Counted from the stretch's first letter, positions 1 to 9,313 are shown. The stretch: 24,000 nucleotides of DNA from Pararhizobium mangrovi (GCF_006516965.1 NZ_VHLH01000013.1:29722-53721); one strand, 5' to 3'. Made by a program: numbers and translations. The notes: generated by a model not told the origin, from the letters alone.

Positions 1-328
1 CGCCGAGCCCTTCGAAACGCTCGACGGAATCGTTCGGCGCGATCGTCTCGATGACCGAGCGCACATGCGCCATGACCGCCGCAAAATCGATCTGCGGCAC
101 TCCGGCGTGAATCCCGAAGGCACCCGCTTCGGCGATCGCATGGGCGTGGTGCGCGGCGGCGATCAGTGCCTTCGACGGAACGCACCCATGGTTGAGGCAA
201 TCGCCGCCCATGGCGCCGCGCTCGACGAGCACGACCTCGACGCCGAAGGCGGCTGCGGCGGCAGCGGCGGTCAGCCCAGCGGAGCCGGCGCCGATGATGC
301 AGATGTCCGGTGTCAGCGTTTCGGCCAT
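1..328 (-). CDS. FAD-dependent pyridine nucleotide-disulfide oxidoreductase (dihydrolipoyl dehydrogenase / mercuric-reductase-like class I). Only the N-terminal ~109 codons are present; the gene runs off the left edge.
   Basis: My own reverse-complement translation from the ATG at complement 326-328 gives MAETLTPDICIIGAGSAGLTAAAAAAAFGVEVVLVERGAMGGDCLNHGCVPSKALIAAAHHAHAIAEAGAFGIH... It carries a GxGxxG FAD-binding fold and the redox-active CxxxxC signature GGDCLNHGCVPSK. It is absent from the ORF track because no stop codon lies within the window. Confidence 0.75.
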   Translation of the reverse strand, partial: MAETLTPDICIIGAGSAGLTAAAAAAAFGVEVVLVERGAMGGDCLNHGCVPSKALIAAAHHAHAIAEAGAFGIHAGVPQIDFAAVMAHVRSVIETIAPNDSVERFEGLG

Positions 329-392
329 GAACGGGCTTTCGCGTGAGTTGACGGCAGGCGTTTCGGCGGGGCGATGCTGGGGGTGAGCGGCG

Positions 393-1076
393 TCAGACGA
401 CCTCGACGGTGAGCGGATCGAGCCCATCCACATGGCCTTCGAGACGGTCGCCGCGCACGACCGGACCGACGCCGGACGGCGTGCCGGTCATGATGACGTC
501 ACCGGGGGCAAGCCGGAACAGGCCGGAGAGATAGGCGATCGTCTCCGGAAGCTTCCAGATCATCTGCGTTAGATCGCCCGACTGGCGGGTCTCGCCGTTG
601 ACGTCGAGGCGGATCGCACCGGCATCGGGCGTTCCGAACTCCGCCGCACGCACGATCGCAGTGACGGGCGCGGATCCCTCGAACGCCTTGCCGATCTCCC
701 ATGGACGGCCGAGCTTCTTCGCCTCCCCCTGAAGGTCGCGGCGCGTCATGTCGAGGCCGAGCGCATAGCCGAAGACGCAGGCCATTGCGTCGTCGACCGC
801 GATGTCCGTGCCGCCCCTGCCGAGACAGGCGACGAGTTCGATCTCGTGATGGACGTCGTTCGTGCCGGGCGGATAGGCGAAGGTCCGTTCGGTCGAAAGG
901 TTGTCGGGATTCTTCTGAAAGAAGAAAGGTGGCTCGCGGTCGGGGTCGTGCCCCATCTCGCGCGCATGGTCGGCATAGTTCCGGCCGACGCAATAGACCC
1001 GTCGCACGGGAAACGTCTCGCTCGTCCCGCGGATCGGCAAGGCCGTCACCGCGGCGGGTTCGAAGGCATAGGTCAT
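393..1076 (-). CDS. Fumarylacetoacetate hydrolase (FAH) family protein, 227 aa
   Basis: This is track ORF 393..1289 trimmed to the internal ATG at complement 1074-1076 (MTYAFEPAAVTALPIRG...). An AGAGGGA Shine-Dalgarno lies about 8 nt upstream. FAH-family motifs are present: VGRNYADHAREMG, HHEIELV, RRDLQ, RPWEIGKAF, GDVIMTGTPSGVG. The upstream 71 codons of the track ORF are Arg/Ser-rich and not protein-like. Confidence 0.85.
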   Translation of the reverse strand: MTYAFEPAAVTALPIRGTSETFPVRRVYCVGRNYADHAREMGHDPDREPPFFFQKNPDNLSTERTFAYPPGTNDVHHEIELVACLGRGGTDIAVDDAMACVFGYALGLDMTRRDLQGEAKKLGRPWEIGKAFEGSAPVTAIVRAAEFGTPDAGAIRLDVNGETRQSGDLTQMIWKLPETIAYLSGLFRLAPGDVIMTGTPSGVGPVVRGDRLEGHVDGLDPLTVEVV

Positions 1077-1263
1077 ATCAAAATCCCTCTTAAACGACGC
1101 GGCCCGATGCTTCGGCCGCCGTTCGCCGATGAGTATCGGCGCCGCGGTCGCACCGTGGCAAGCCCTTGCCCGAACAACAGGCCGCGAGCCTGTCGCCTCT
1201 TGCTGACCGACAAGCGGACGGAAGAAGCATTCCGCGGACGTGTGCGAAGACGTACGAGAAGAT

Positions 1264-1292
1264 TTGACCTCTTGATCAAACCGCAGCATGAT
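1264..1292 (+). promoter_or_regulatory. Candidate sigma70-type promoter of the preT operon (-35 TTGACC 1264-1269, 17-nt spacer, -10 CATGAT 1287-1292), overlapped by a RutR-box-like 16-bp near-palindrome TTGACCTCTTGATCAA (1264-1279)
   Basis: Read directly from the 296-bp divergent intergenic region 1077-1372. The 16-mer matches the E. coli RutR consensus TTGACCAnnTGGTCAA at 12 of 14 specified positions. It sits about 95 nt upstream of the preT ATG. This rests on sequence pattern only. Confidence 0.3.
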
Positions 1293-1372
1293 CCGATCGA
1301 AGCGGTCGTTCTAAGAAGACATCCGATGGGAACAACCGGCCGCTCGAAGGACCCGATGGTCCAGGAGGCTCG

Positions 1373-2725
1373 ATGACGACGGAATCCGTGCGCGATGTCG
1401 CGGCCGGGCGGCTTCAATCCGCCGATTATCTGGCGAACTTTGCCGACCTGCACGCGCCGATGACGCCGCACGAGGCGATCGTCGAGGCCGACCGGTGCTA
1501 TTTCTGCTACGACGCGCCGTGCATGAACGCCTGTCCGACGACGATCGACATTCCGCTGTTCATCCGCGAGATCGCGGCCGGCAATGCCGACGGCGCGGCG
1601 AAGACCATTCTTTCGCAAAACATCATGGGCGGCATGTGCGCCCGGGTCTGCCCGACGGAGACGCTGTGCGAGGAGGTCTGCGTTCGCGAGACCGCCGAAG
1701 GCAAGCCGGTTCGTATCGGCGAACTTCAGCGCTACGCGACCGACCATCTGATGGAGCGGCACACGGCGCACCCGTTCAAGCGCGCGGCGCAGACCGGCAA
1801 ACGCGTCGCGGTCGTGGGTGCCGGTCCGGCCGGCATGGCCTGCGCGCACCGGCTTGCCCGCTTCGGCCACGACGTCACGATCTTCGAGGCGCGCCCAAAA
1901 GCCGGAGGGCTCAACGAATACGGCATCGCCGCCTACAAGACGCCGGGCGACTTCGCCCAGCGCGAACTCGACTTCATCCTCGAGATCGGCGGGATCACGG
2001 TGAAGAACGAGACGGCGCTCGGACGCGACGTCACGCTCGAGGCGCTGAGCGACGAATTCGACGCGATCTTCCTCGGCATGGGGCTCGGCGGGGTCAACGA
2101 TCTCGGCCTCGAAGGCGATGATGCGGAAGGCTGCATCGACGCCGTGAAGTACATCGCCGATCTGCGGCAGGCGAAGGACAAGGCTGCGCTTTCGATCGGC
2201 CGGCGCGTCGTCGTGATCGGCGGCGGCATGACGGCGGTCGATATCGCCATCCAGAGCCGGCTGCTCGGTGCCGAGGACGTGACGATCTGCTATCGCCGCG
2301 GACGCGAGGCGATGAACGCCAGCGAATACGAGCAGGAACTCGCCCAGACGAACGGGGTCACGATCCGTCCCCACCTCATGCCGAAGCTTCTCGAACGCGG
2401 GGCGGACGGCGCGATCACCGGCATCGTCCTCGAATATGGCGAGGCGGGCCCCGACGGAAAGCTCGTCGGCACGGGCGAGACGCTCGCCCTGCCCGCCGAT
2501 CAGGTGTTCAAGGCGATCGGACAGTCGCCGGTCACCGAGACCCTTTCGAACGCCGGCATCGAACTCGAGGCCCATCGCATCAAGGTTTCCGACGAGGGCC
2601 GCACGAGCCATCCGAAGATCTGGGCGGGCGGCGACTGCGTGCGTCGCGACGACGACCTGACCGTCGTCGCCGTCGATCACGGACAGCGCGCGGCGCAATC
2701 CATTCACGCGGCGCTGTCGCGCTGA
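1373..2725 (+). CDS. preT: NAD(P)-dependent dihydropyrimidine dehydrogenase subunit PreT (glutamate-synthase small-subunit-like Fe-S flavoprotein), 450 aa
   Basis: GGAGG lies 5 nt upstream of the ATG. Two Cys clusters are present (CYFCYDAPCMNACPT and CARVCPTETLCEEVC), along with two Rossmann motifs (VAVVGAGPAGMACAHRLARFGHDVTIFE and VVVIGGGMTAVD). The gene sits immediately upstream of preA. Confidence 0.9.
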   Translation: MTTESVRDVAAGRLQSADYLANFADLHAPMTPHEAIVEADRCYFCYDAPCMNACPTTIDIPLFIREIAAGNADGAAKTILSQNIMGGMCARVCPTETLCEEVCVRETAEGKPVRIGELQRYATDHLMERHTAHPFKRAAQTGKRVAVVGAGPAGMACAHRLARFGHDVTIFEARPKAGGLNEYGIAAYKTPGDFAQRELDFILEIGGITVKNETALGRDVTLEALSDEFDAIFLGMGLGGVNDLGLEGDDAEGCIDAVKYIADLRQAKDKAALSIGRRVVVIGGGMTAVDIAIQSRLLGAEDVTICYRRGREAMNASEYEQELAQTNGVTIRPHLMPKLLERGADGAITGIVLEYGEAGPDGKLVGTGETLALPADQVFKAIGQSPVTETLSNAGIELEAHRIKVSDEGRTSHPKIWAGGDCVRRDDDLTVVAVDHGQRAAQSIHAALSR

Positions 2726-2736
2726 GAGGGAAAGGA

Positions 2737-4053
2737 ATGGGCATGGTTGATCTTTCGAGCGACTTCTGCGGCATCAAATCGCCCAATCCGTTCTGGCTCG
2801 CCTCGGCGCCGCCGACCGACAAGGCCTACAATGTCGAGCGCGCCTTCGAGGCCGGCTGGGGCGGCGTCGTGTGGAAGACGCTCGGCTCGGAAGGGCCGCC
2901 GGTCGTCAACGTCAACGGTCCGCGCTACGGCGCGATCCACGGCGCGGACCGCCGCCTTCTCGGCCTTAACAACATAGAGCTGATCACCGATCGCGATCTC
3001 GAAACCAACCTGCGCGAGATCGCCGAGGTGAAGAAGCGCTGGCCGGACCGCGCGATCGTCGTATCGATCATGGTTCCCTGCGAGGAGGAGGCGTGGAAGG
3101 CGATCCTGCCGCGCGTGGAAGAGACCGGCGCCGACGGCATCGAACTCAATTTCGGCTGCCCGCACGGCATGAGCGAGCGCGGCATGGGCTCGGCCGTCGG
3201 CCAGGTGCCGGAATACATCGAAATGGTAACGCGCTGGTGCAAGACCTACTCCAGCCAGCCCGTCATCGTGAAGCTGACGCCGAACATCACCGACATTCGC
3301 AAGCCCGCTCGTGCCGCGAAGGCCGGTGGCGCGGATGCCGTCTCGCTCATCAACACCATCAATTCGATCACCAGCGTCAATCTCGACTTCTTCGCGCCCG
3401 AGCCGACGATCGACGGCAAGGGCTCGCATGGCGGCTATTGCGGCCCGGCGGTCAAGCCGATCGCGCTATCGATGGTCTCGGAGATCGCGCGTGATCCGGA
3501 TACGCGCGGCCTGCCGATCTCCGGCATCGGCGGCGTGACGACGTGGCGCGACGCCGCGGAATTCATTGCGCTCGGCTGCGGCAGCGTCCAGGTCTGCACG
3601 GCGGCGATGACCTACGGGTTCAAGATTGTCCAGGAGATGACGGCGGGACTTGCAGAATGGATGGAGACGAAGGGCTACGAGACGCTCGACAACTTCATGG
3701 GGCTCGCCGTGCCGAACGTCACGGACTGGCAGTATCTGAACCTGAACTACGTCACGAAAGCGCATATCGACCAGGATCTGTGCATCAAATGCGGCCGCTG
3801 CCACATCGCCTGTGAGGACACGTCCCACCAGGCGATCACTTCAATGGTCGATGGCGTGCGCCATTTCGAGGTGATGAACGAGGAATGCGTCGGCTGCAAT
3901 CTGTGCGTCGAGGTCTGCCCCGTGACGGACTGCATCACCATGGAAGAGATGGTCGAGGGCACCGATCCGCGAACCGGCAAGCCGATCCGCCACGATTACG
4001 CCAACTGGACCACCCACCCCAACAATCCGGCCGCGATGGAAGCCGCCGAATAG
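2737..4053 (+). CDS. preA: Dihydropyrimidine dehydrogenase subunit PreA (dihydroorotate-dehydrogenase-like TIM barrel plus C-terminal 2x[4Fe-4S] ferredoxin domain), 438 aa
   Basis: The catalytic-loop motif NFGCPHGMSERGMGSAVGQ and FMN-barrel motifs (VKLTPNITD, SGIGGV) are present. The C-terminus has two ferredoxin motifs, CIKCGRCHIACED and CVGCNLCVEVCPV. Confidence 0.92.
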   Translation: MGMVDLSSDFCGIKSPNPFWLASAPPTDKAYNVERAFEAGWGGVVWKTLGSEGPPVVNVNGPRYGAIHGADRRLLGLNNIELITDRDLETNLREIAEVKKRWPDRAIVVSIMVPCEEEAWKAILPRVEETGADGIELNFGCPHGMSERGMGSAVGQVPEYIEMVTRWCKTYSSQPVIVKLTPNITDIRKPARAAKAGGADAVSLINTINSITSVNLDFFAPEPTIDGKGSHGGYCGPAVKPIALSMVSEIARDPDTRGLPISGIGGVTTWRDAAEFIALGCGSVQVCTAAMTYGFKIVQEMTAGLAEWMETKGYETLDNFMGLAVPNVTDWQYLNLNYVTKAHIDQDLCIKCGRCHIACEDTSHQAITSMVDGVRHFEVMNEECVGCNLCVEVCPVTDCITMEEMVEGTDPRTGKPIRHDYANWTTHPNNPAAMEAAE

Positions 4054-4245
4054 CGACGGGACGGAAGGACGCTTGCGCACGGCTGAGAGCCGCCGCACAA
4101 TGATTTTCGAGCGGTCTCGACAGGCCGTTCGCGACGGACGGCTTCGCCAAGTCGAGCACGGCCGCCGGGCGCGAAAAACGACAGGAACGGCCCGTCCGGA
4201 TTGCCGACGAGGCCGACGCCAAACGAACGGGAAATGCCTGAAATC

Positions 4246-5574
4246 ATGTCCAACCGCCTGAATGCAGCCCCCAACGATCTCGAAGCCTTCTGGATGCCGT
4301 TCACGGCGAACCGGCAATTCAAGAAGGCGCCGCGCATGCTCACCGGCGCGAAGGACATGCACTACACGACGAGCGACGGGCGCAGCGTGCTCGACGGGAC
4401 GGCGGGCCTCTGGTGCGTGAATGCCGGCCACTGTCGGCCGAAGATCACCGAGGCGGTGCGCGAGCAGGTCGGCGAGATGGACTACGCACCGGCCTTCCAG
4501 ATGGGCCATCCGAAGGCGTTCGAACTGGCCAACCAGCTCGTCTCGCTCGCGCCGGAGGGCATGAACCACGTCCTCTACACGAATTCGGGTTCGGAATCGG
4601 TCGAGACCGCGCTGAAGGTCGCCCTCGCCTACCATCGGGCGAAGGGCGACGGCTCGCGCTTCCGGCTGATCGGCCGCGAGCGTGGCTATCACGGCGTCAA
4701 TTTCGGTGGCATCTCCGTCGGCGGAATCGTCTCCAACCGCAAGATGTTCGGCACGCTGCTGACCGGCGTCGACCACCTGTCGCACACGCACATGCCGGAC
4801 AAGAACGCCTTCACGCGCGGCGAGCCGGAGCATGGCGGCGACATCGCGAGCGAACTGGAGCGCATCGTCACGCTGCACGACGCCTCCACGGTCGCCGCCG
4901 TGATCGTCGAGCCGGTCGCAGGCTCGACGGGCGTGCTCATTCCGCCGAAGGGGTATCTGAAGAAGCTGCGCGACATCTGCACGAAGCACGGCATCCTCCT
5001 GATCTTCGACGAGGTCATCACCGGCTTTGGCCGTCTCGGCACCCCCTTCGCGGCGGACTATTTTGACGTGACGCCGGACATGATCACCACGGCCAAGGGG
5101 CTGACGAACGGCGTCATTCCGATGGGCGCCGTCTTCGTCACGGACGCAATCCACGACACCTTCATGAACGGCCCGGAACACCTCATCGAGTTCTTCCACG
5201 GCTACACCTATTCCGGCAATCCCATGGCTTCGGCGGCCGGTCTCGCCACGCTCGAGACCTACAAGGAAGAAGGCCTGCTGACGCGTGGCGCCGAGCTTGC
5301 GCCTTATTGGGAAGACGCCCTGCACTCGCTGAAGGATGCGCCGCACGTCGTCGACATCCGCAACATCGGGCTCATCGGCGCGATCGAGCTGGAGCCGATG
5401 AAGGGCGAGCCGACCAAGCGCGCCTTCTCCGCCTTCCTGAAGGCGTTCGAAAAGGGCTGCCTGATCCGCACGACGGGCGACATCATCGCGCTGTCGCCGC
5501 CGCTCATCATCGAGAAGAACCATATCGACGAACTCGTCGATTGCCTGCGTACCGTGCTGAACGAGGTCGAATAG
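4246..5574 (+). CDS. Class-III PLP aminotransferase, omega-amino acid / beta-alanine:pyruvate aminotransferase type, 442 aa
   Basis: The track ORF begins at TTG 4201. I prefer ATG 4246 (MSNRLNAAPNDLEAFWMPFTANRQFKK...), which gives the typical N-terminus of this family. Motifs present: GLWCVNAGH, FDEVITGFGRLG, and TTAKGLTNG containing the PLP lysine. The operon context fits conversion of beta-alanine or beta-aminoisobutyrate to the semialdehyde. Confidence 0.9.
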   Translation: MSNRLNAAPNDLEAFWMPFTANRQFKKAPRMLTGAKDMHYTTSDGRSVLDGTAGLWCVNAGHCRPKITEAVREQVGEMDYAPAFQMGHPKAFELANQLVSLAPEGMNHVLYTNSGSESVETALKVALAYHRAKGDGSRFRLIGRERGYHGVNFGGISVGGIVSNRKMFGTLLTGVDHLSHTHMPDKNAFTRGEPEHGGDIASELERIVTLHDASTVAAVIVEPVAGSTGVLIPPKGYLKKLRDICTKHGILLIFDEVITGFGRLGTPFAADYFDVTPDMITTAKGLTNGVIPMGAVFVTDAIHDTFMNGPEHLIEFFHGYTYSGNPMASAAGLATLETYKEEGLLTRGAELAPYWEDALHSLKDAPHVVDIRNIGLIGAIELEPMKGEPTKRAFSAFLKAFEKGCLIRTTGDIIALSPPLIIEKNHIDELVDCLRTVLNEVE

Positions 5575-7065
<1,491 letters not shown>

Positions 7066-7098
7066 GCGTCACCCAAGACCAGCGAAAGAGACTCGTCG

Positions 7099-7383
7099 AT
7101 GAGAGAAAAAGCCGAGGCAACCGTTCTGGTCGACGACGAACGCGTCCGCGTCACGCGGTTCGCCTTCGCGCCCGGTGCCGAAACCGGCCATCACGTCCAC
7201 GAACACGACTATGTCGTCACGCCCGTGACCGATTGCGCCATGCTCATCGAGGCGCCGGACGGTTCTTCGCGCACCGTGACGATGGCAGCCGGCGAGGCTT
7301 ACCGTCGAGACAAGGGCGTCGAGCACAACGTCGTCAACGACGGCGAGCGTCCGATGACCTTCGTCGAAACCGAGCTGAAATAA
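7099..7383 (+). CDS. Small single-domain cupin protein of unknown function, 94 aa
   Basis: Both canonical cupin metal-binding motifs are readable. Motif 1 is G-HHVHEHD..V. Motif 2 is GEAYRRDKGVEHNVVN, which fits G(x)5-xG-(x)2-H-(x)3-N. The gene is tightly packed between mmsA (33-nt gap) and the amidohydrolase gene (10-nt gap). Confidence 0.8.
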   Translation: MREKAEATVLVDDERVRVTRFAFAPGAETGHHVHEHDYVVTPVTDCAMLIEAPDGSSRTVTMAAGEAYRRDKGVEHNVVNDGERPMTFVETELK

Positions 7384-7393
7384 GGGAACCCCG

Positions 7394-8644
7394 ATGGCCG
7401 CACCGGCAGCGAACATGACGACGAACGGCGACCGGCTCTGGGACGCCATCATGGAGATGGCGAAAATCGGCCCCGGCGTCGCCGGCGGCAACAACCGCCA
7501 GACGCTGACCGATGCCGACAGCGAGGGCCGGCACCTTTTCAAGCGCTGGTGCGACGAGGCCGGGCTCACGACCGGTGTCGACGAGATGGGCAACATGTTC
7601 GCCCGTCGCGAAGGGACCGATCCGGACGCCCTGCCCGTCTATGTCGGCTCTCACCTCGACACGCAGCCGACCGGCGGCAAGTACGACGGCGTGCTCGGCG
7701 TGCTCGGCGGCCTCGAACTCGTTCGCACGCTGAACGATCTCGACATCAAGACGAAGCATCCGATCGTCGTCACCAACTGGACGAACGAGGAAGGCACGCG
7801 CTTCGCGCCGGCGATGCTGTCCTCCGGCGTCTTCGCCGGCATCCACGAACGCGACTGGGCCTATGACAAGACGGACGCGAGGGGGGCGCGCTTCGGCGAC
7901 GAGCTGGAACGCATCGGGTGGAAGGGCGACGAAAAGGTCGGCGATCGCAAGATGCACGCCATGTTCGAGCTGCACATCGAGCAGGGTCCGATCCTCGAAG
8001 CCGAAGGCAAGGAGATCGGTGTCGTCACCAACGGCCAGGGCCTTTCCTGGACGCAGGTGACCGTGACCGGGAAGGACAGCCATACCGGTTCGACGCCGAT
8101 GCCGATGCGCAAGAACGCCGGATTGGGCATGGCGAGGATCCTCGAACTCGTCGACGAGATCGCCTGGTCGCACAAACCCCATGCCGTGGGTGCGGCCGGC
8201 CATATCGACGTCTACCCGAACTCGCGCAACGTCATTCCCGGCAAGACTGTCTTCACCGTCGATTTCCGTTCGCCGGATCTGGCTGTCATCACCGATATGG
8301 AACAGCGCCTGGACAAGGGCGCACGCGAGATCTGCGAGGAGATGGGGCTCGGGATCGAACTGGAAAAGGTCGGCGGCTTCGACCCCGTGGCTTTCGACGA
8401 GACCTGCGTGACGGCCGTGCGTAATGCAGCCGACCGGCTCGGGTATTCGCACCAGAACATCGTTTCCGGCGCCGGCCACGACGCCTGCTGGATCGCCCGC
8501 GTCGCACCGACGGCGATGATCATGTGCCCCTGCGTCGACGGCCTGTCGCACAACGAGGCGGAGGAGATCTCGAAAGAGTGGGCGAAGGCTGGCGCCGACG
8601 TGCTTTTCCATGCCGTCGTGGAGACGGCGGGGATCGTGGAGTGA
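7394..8644 (+). CDS. M20-family Zn-dependent amidohydrolase, beta-ureidopropionase / N-carbamoyl-beta-alanine (L-N-carbamoyl-amino-acid) amidohydrolase type, 416 aa
   Basis: An AAGGGA Shine-Dalgarno precedes the ATG. Motifs of the allantoate-amidohydrolase/AmaB family are present: GSHLDTQPTGGKYDGVLGV, NWTNEEGTRF, ELHIEQGP, SGAGHDA. The pathway context supports this call. Confidence 0.9.
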   Translation: MAAPAANMTTNGDRLWDAIMEMAKIGPGVAGGNNRQTLTDADSEGRHLFKRWCDEAGLTTGVDEMGNMFARREGTDPDALPVYVGSHLDTQPTGGKYDGVLGVLGGLELVRTLNDLDIKTKHPIVVTNWTNEEGTRFAPAMLSSGVFAGIHERDWAYDKTDARGARFGDELERIGWKGDEKVGDRKMHAMFELHIEQGPILEAEGKEIGVVTNGQGLSWTQVTVTGKDSHTGSTPMPMRKNAGLGMARILELVDEIAWSHKPHAVGAAGHIDVYPNSRNVIPGKTVFTVDFRSPDLAVITDMEQRLDKGAREICEEMGLGIELEKVGGFDPVAFDETCVTAVRNAADRLGYSHQNIVSGAGHDACWIARVAPTAMIMCPCVDGLSHNEAEEISKEWAKAGADVLFHAVVETAGIVE

Positions 8645-8671
8645 CGTCGACGTGCGAATGCTTGGTAAACT

Positions 8672-8850
8672 TCCCCTCATCCGGCCCTTCGGGCCACCTT
8701 CTCCCCCATGGGGAGAAGAGGGGTGTAAGCGGCGAAATCGTTCGCATCACGAACGTGGTAATTCGGAACGTTGCTCGGAAGCAGGGAACCGCAGCGAACA
8801 CCCCTTCGCCCCACTGGGGAGAAGGTGGCCCGAAGGGTCGGATGAGGGGA
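8672..8850. repeat. 179-bp mosaic inverted-repeat element (MITE/RIME/REP-like). It consists of two ~50-bp hairpin-bearing units in inverted orientation around a lower-GC core.
   Basis: Arms 8672-8706 (tcccctcatccggcccttcgggccaccttctcccc) and 8816-8850 are complementary at 34 of 35 positions. Each arm's inner end forms its own hairpin: 8698-8718 (9 bp, loop cat) and 8803-8825 (10 bp, one mismatch). A small core hairpin lies at 8739-8755 (cgttcg/cgaacg). Confidence 0.7.
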
Positions 8851-8857
8851 TGATCCA

Positions 8858-9313
8858 TTGACCGGAACACCCGTTACCAACCGCCGTCCCGGCAAGACCG
8901 CTCAAGCGCGGCACCTGCGTCGAAACGAAACGGAACCGGAAGCGCGCCTCTGGCAGGAGCTCCGCAATCGCCATCTCAACGGCTACAAGTTCACACGACA
9001 GGTCCCGCTCGGCCCCTACATCGCCGACTTCGTCTGCCGATCGCAGCACCTGATCATCGAACTCGATGGCTCGCAACATGCGAACAGTGTGCGCGACATG
9101 CACCGGAGCCGATACCTCGCGAGCCAGGGCTATGCCGTTCTTCGCTTCTGGAACGACGATCTGCGTTCCGAACGCGAAGCGGTCCTGAACACCATCCTCG
9201 CTGCACTCGAAGGCCGGCTACGGAGTGGAACACCGGGCTTCACACCGACTGCGAACCAAATGCACGATCCGGGTATCTCGTCCGTAACGGCGATGGCCCA
9301 GCCGGCCGGATGA
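8858..9313 (+). CDS. DUF559 domain protein (Vsr-like / restriction-endonuclease-like fold), 151 aa
   Basis: DUF559 hallmarks are present: RHLRRNETEPEARLWQELR...GYKFTRQVPLGPYIADFVCRSQHLIIELDGSQHA...R...L...GYAVLRFWNDDL. TTG 8858 is the first possible start after an in-frame TGA at 8843-8845. The GAGGGGA Shine-Dalgarno at 8844-8850 is the last 7 nt of the right repeat arm. The C-terminal ~35 residues are non-conserved-looking read-out. Confidence 0.8.
   Translation: MTGTPVTNRRPGKTAQARHLRRNETEPEARLWQELRNRHLNGYKFTRQVPLGPYIADFVCRSQHLIIELDGSQHANSVRDMHRSRYLASQGYAVLRFWNDDLRSEREAVLNTILAALEGRLRSGTPGFTPTANQMHDPGISSVTAMAQPAG

Noticed and set aside
393-1289. N-terminal extensions in the track for the FAH gene (to 1289), pqiC (to 15546), pqiB (to 18247), the MalG-like permease (to 22989) and the aminotransferase (from 4201).
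   Set aside because: The extended segments are Arg/Ser/Pro-rich, overlap neighbouring genes or promoter regions, and precede internal ATGs that give family-typical N-termini, signal peptides and/or Shine-Dalgarno sites.
1073-2707. A 544-aa minus-strand ORF opposite preT. Similar long antisense or out-of-frame ORFs occur at 7334..8680, 9240..10283, 11017..12441, 12618..13580, 13567..14613, 13734..14990, 19210..20592, 20268..21503, 20383..21429 and 21235..22491.
   Set aside because: All overlap CDS that have unambiguous conserved motifs in another frame or on the other strand. Their translations are dominated by R, A, G, D and P and lack any domain signature. Treated as spurious.
8672-8850. 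Possible CRISPR array or toxin-antitoxin locus at the repeat.
   Set aside because: There are only two repeat copies, and they are inverted rather than direct. There are no spacers of regular length, no cas genes and no paired small ORFs with credible starts.
8520-8895. Four overlapping small ORFs of 72-116 aa on both strands within the intergenic repeat: 8520..8870(-), 8524..8853(+), 8610..8861(+), 8677..8895(-).
   Set aside because: They are translations of the inverted-repeat element. Both strands give the same pseudo-peptide (PLIRPFGPPSP.WGE.G) simply because the DNA is palindromic. They overlap each other and the end of the amidohydrolase gene, and there is no independent coding evidence.
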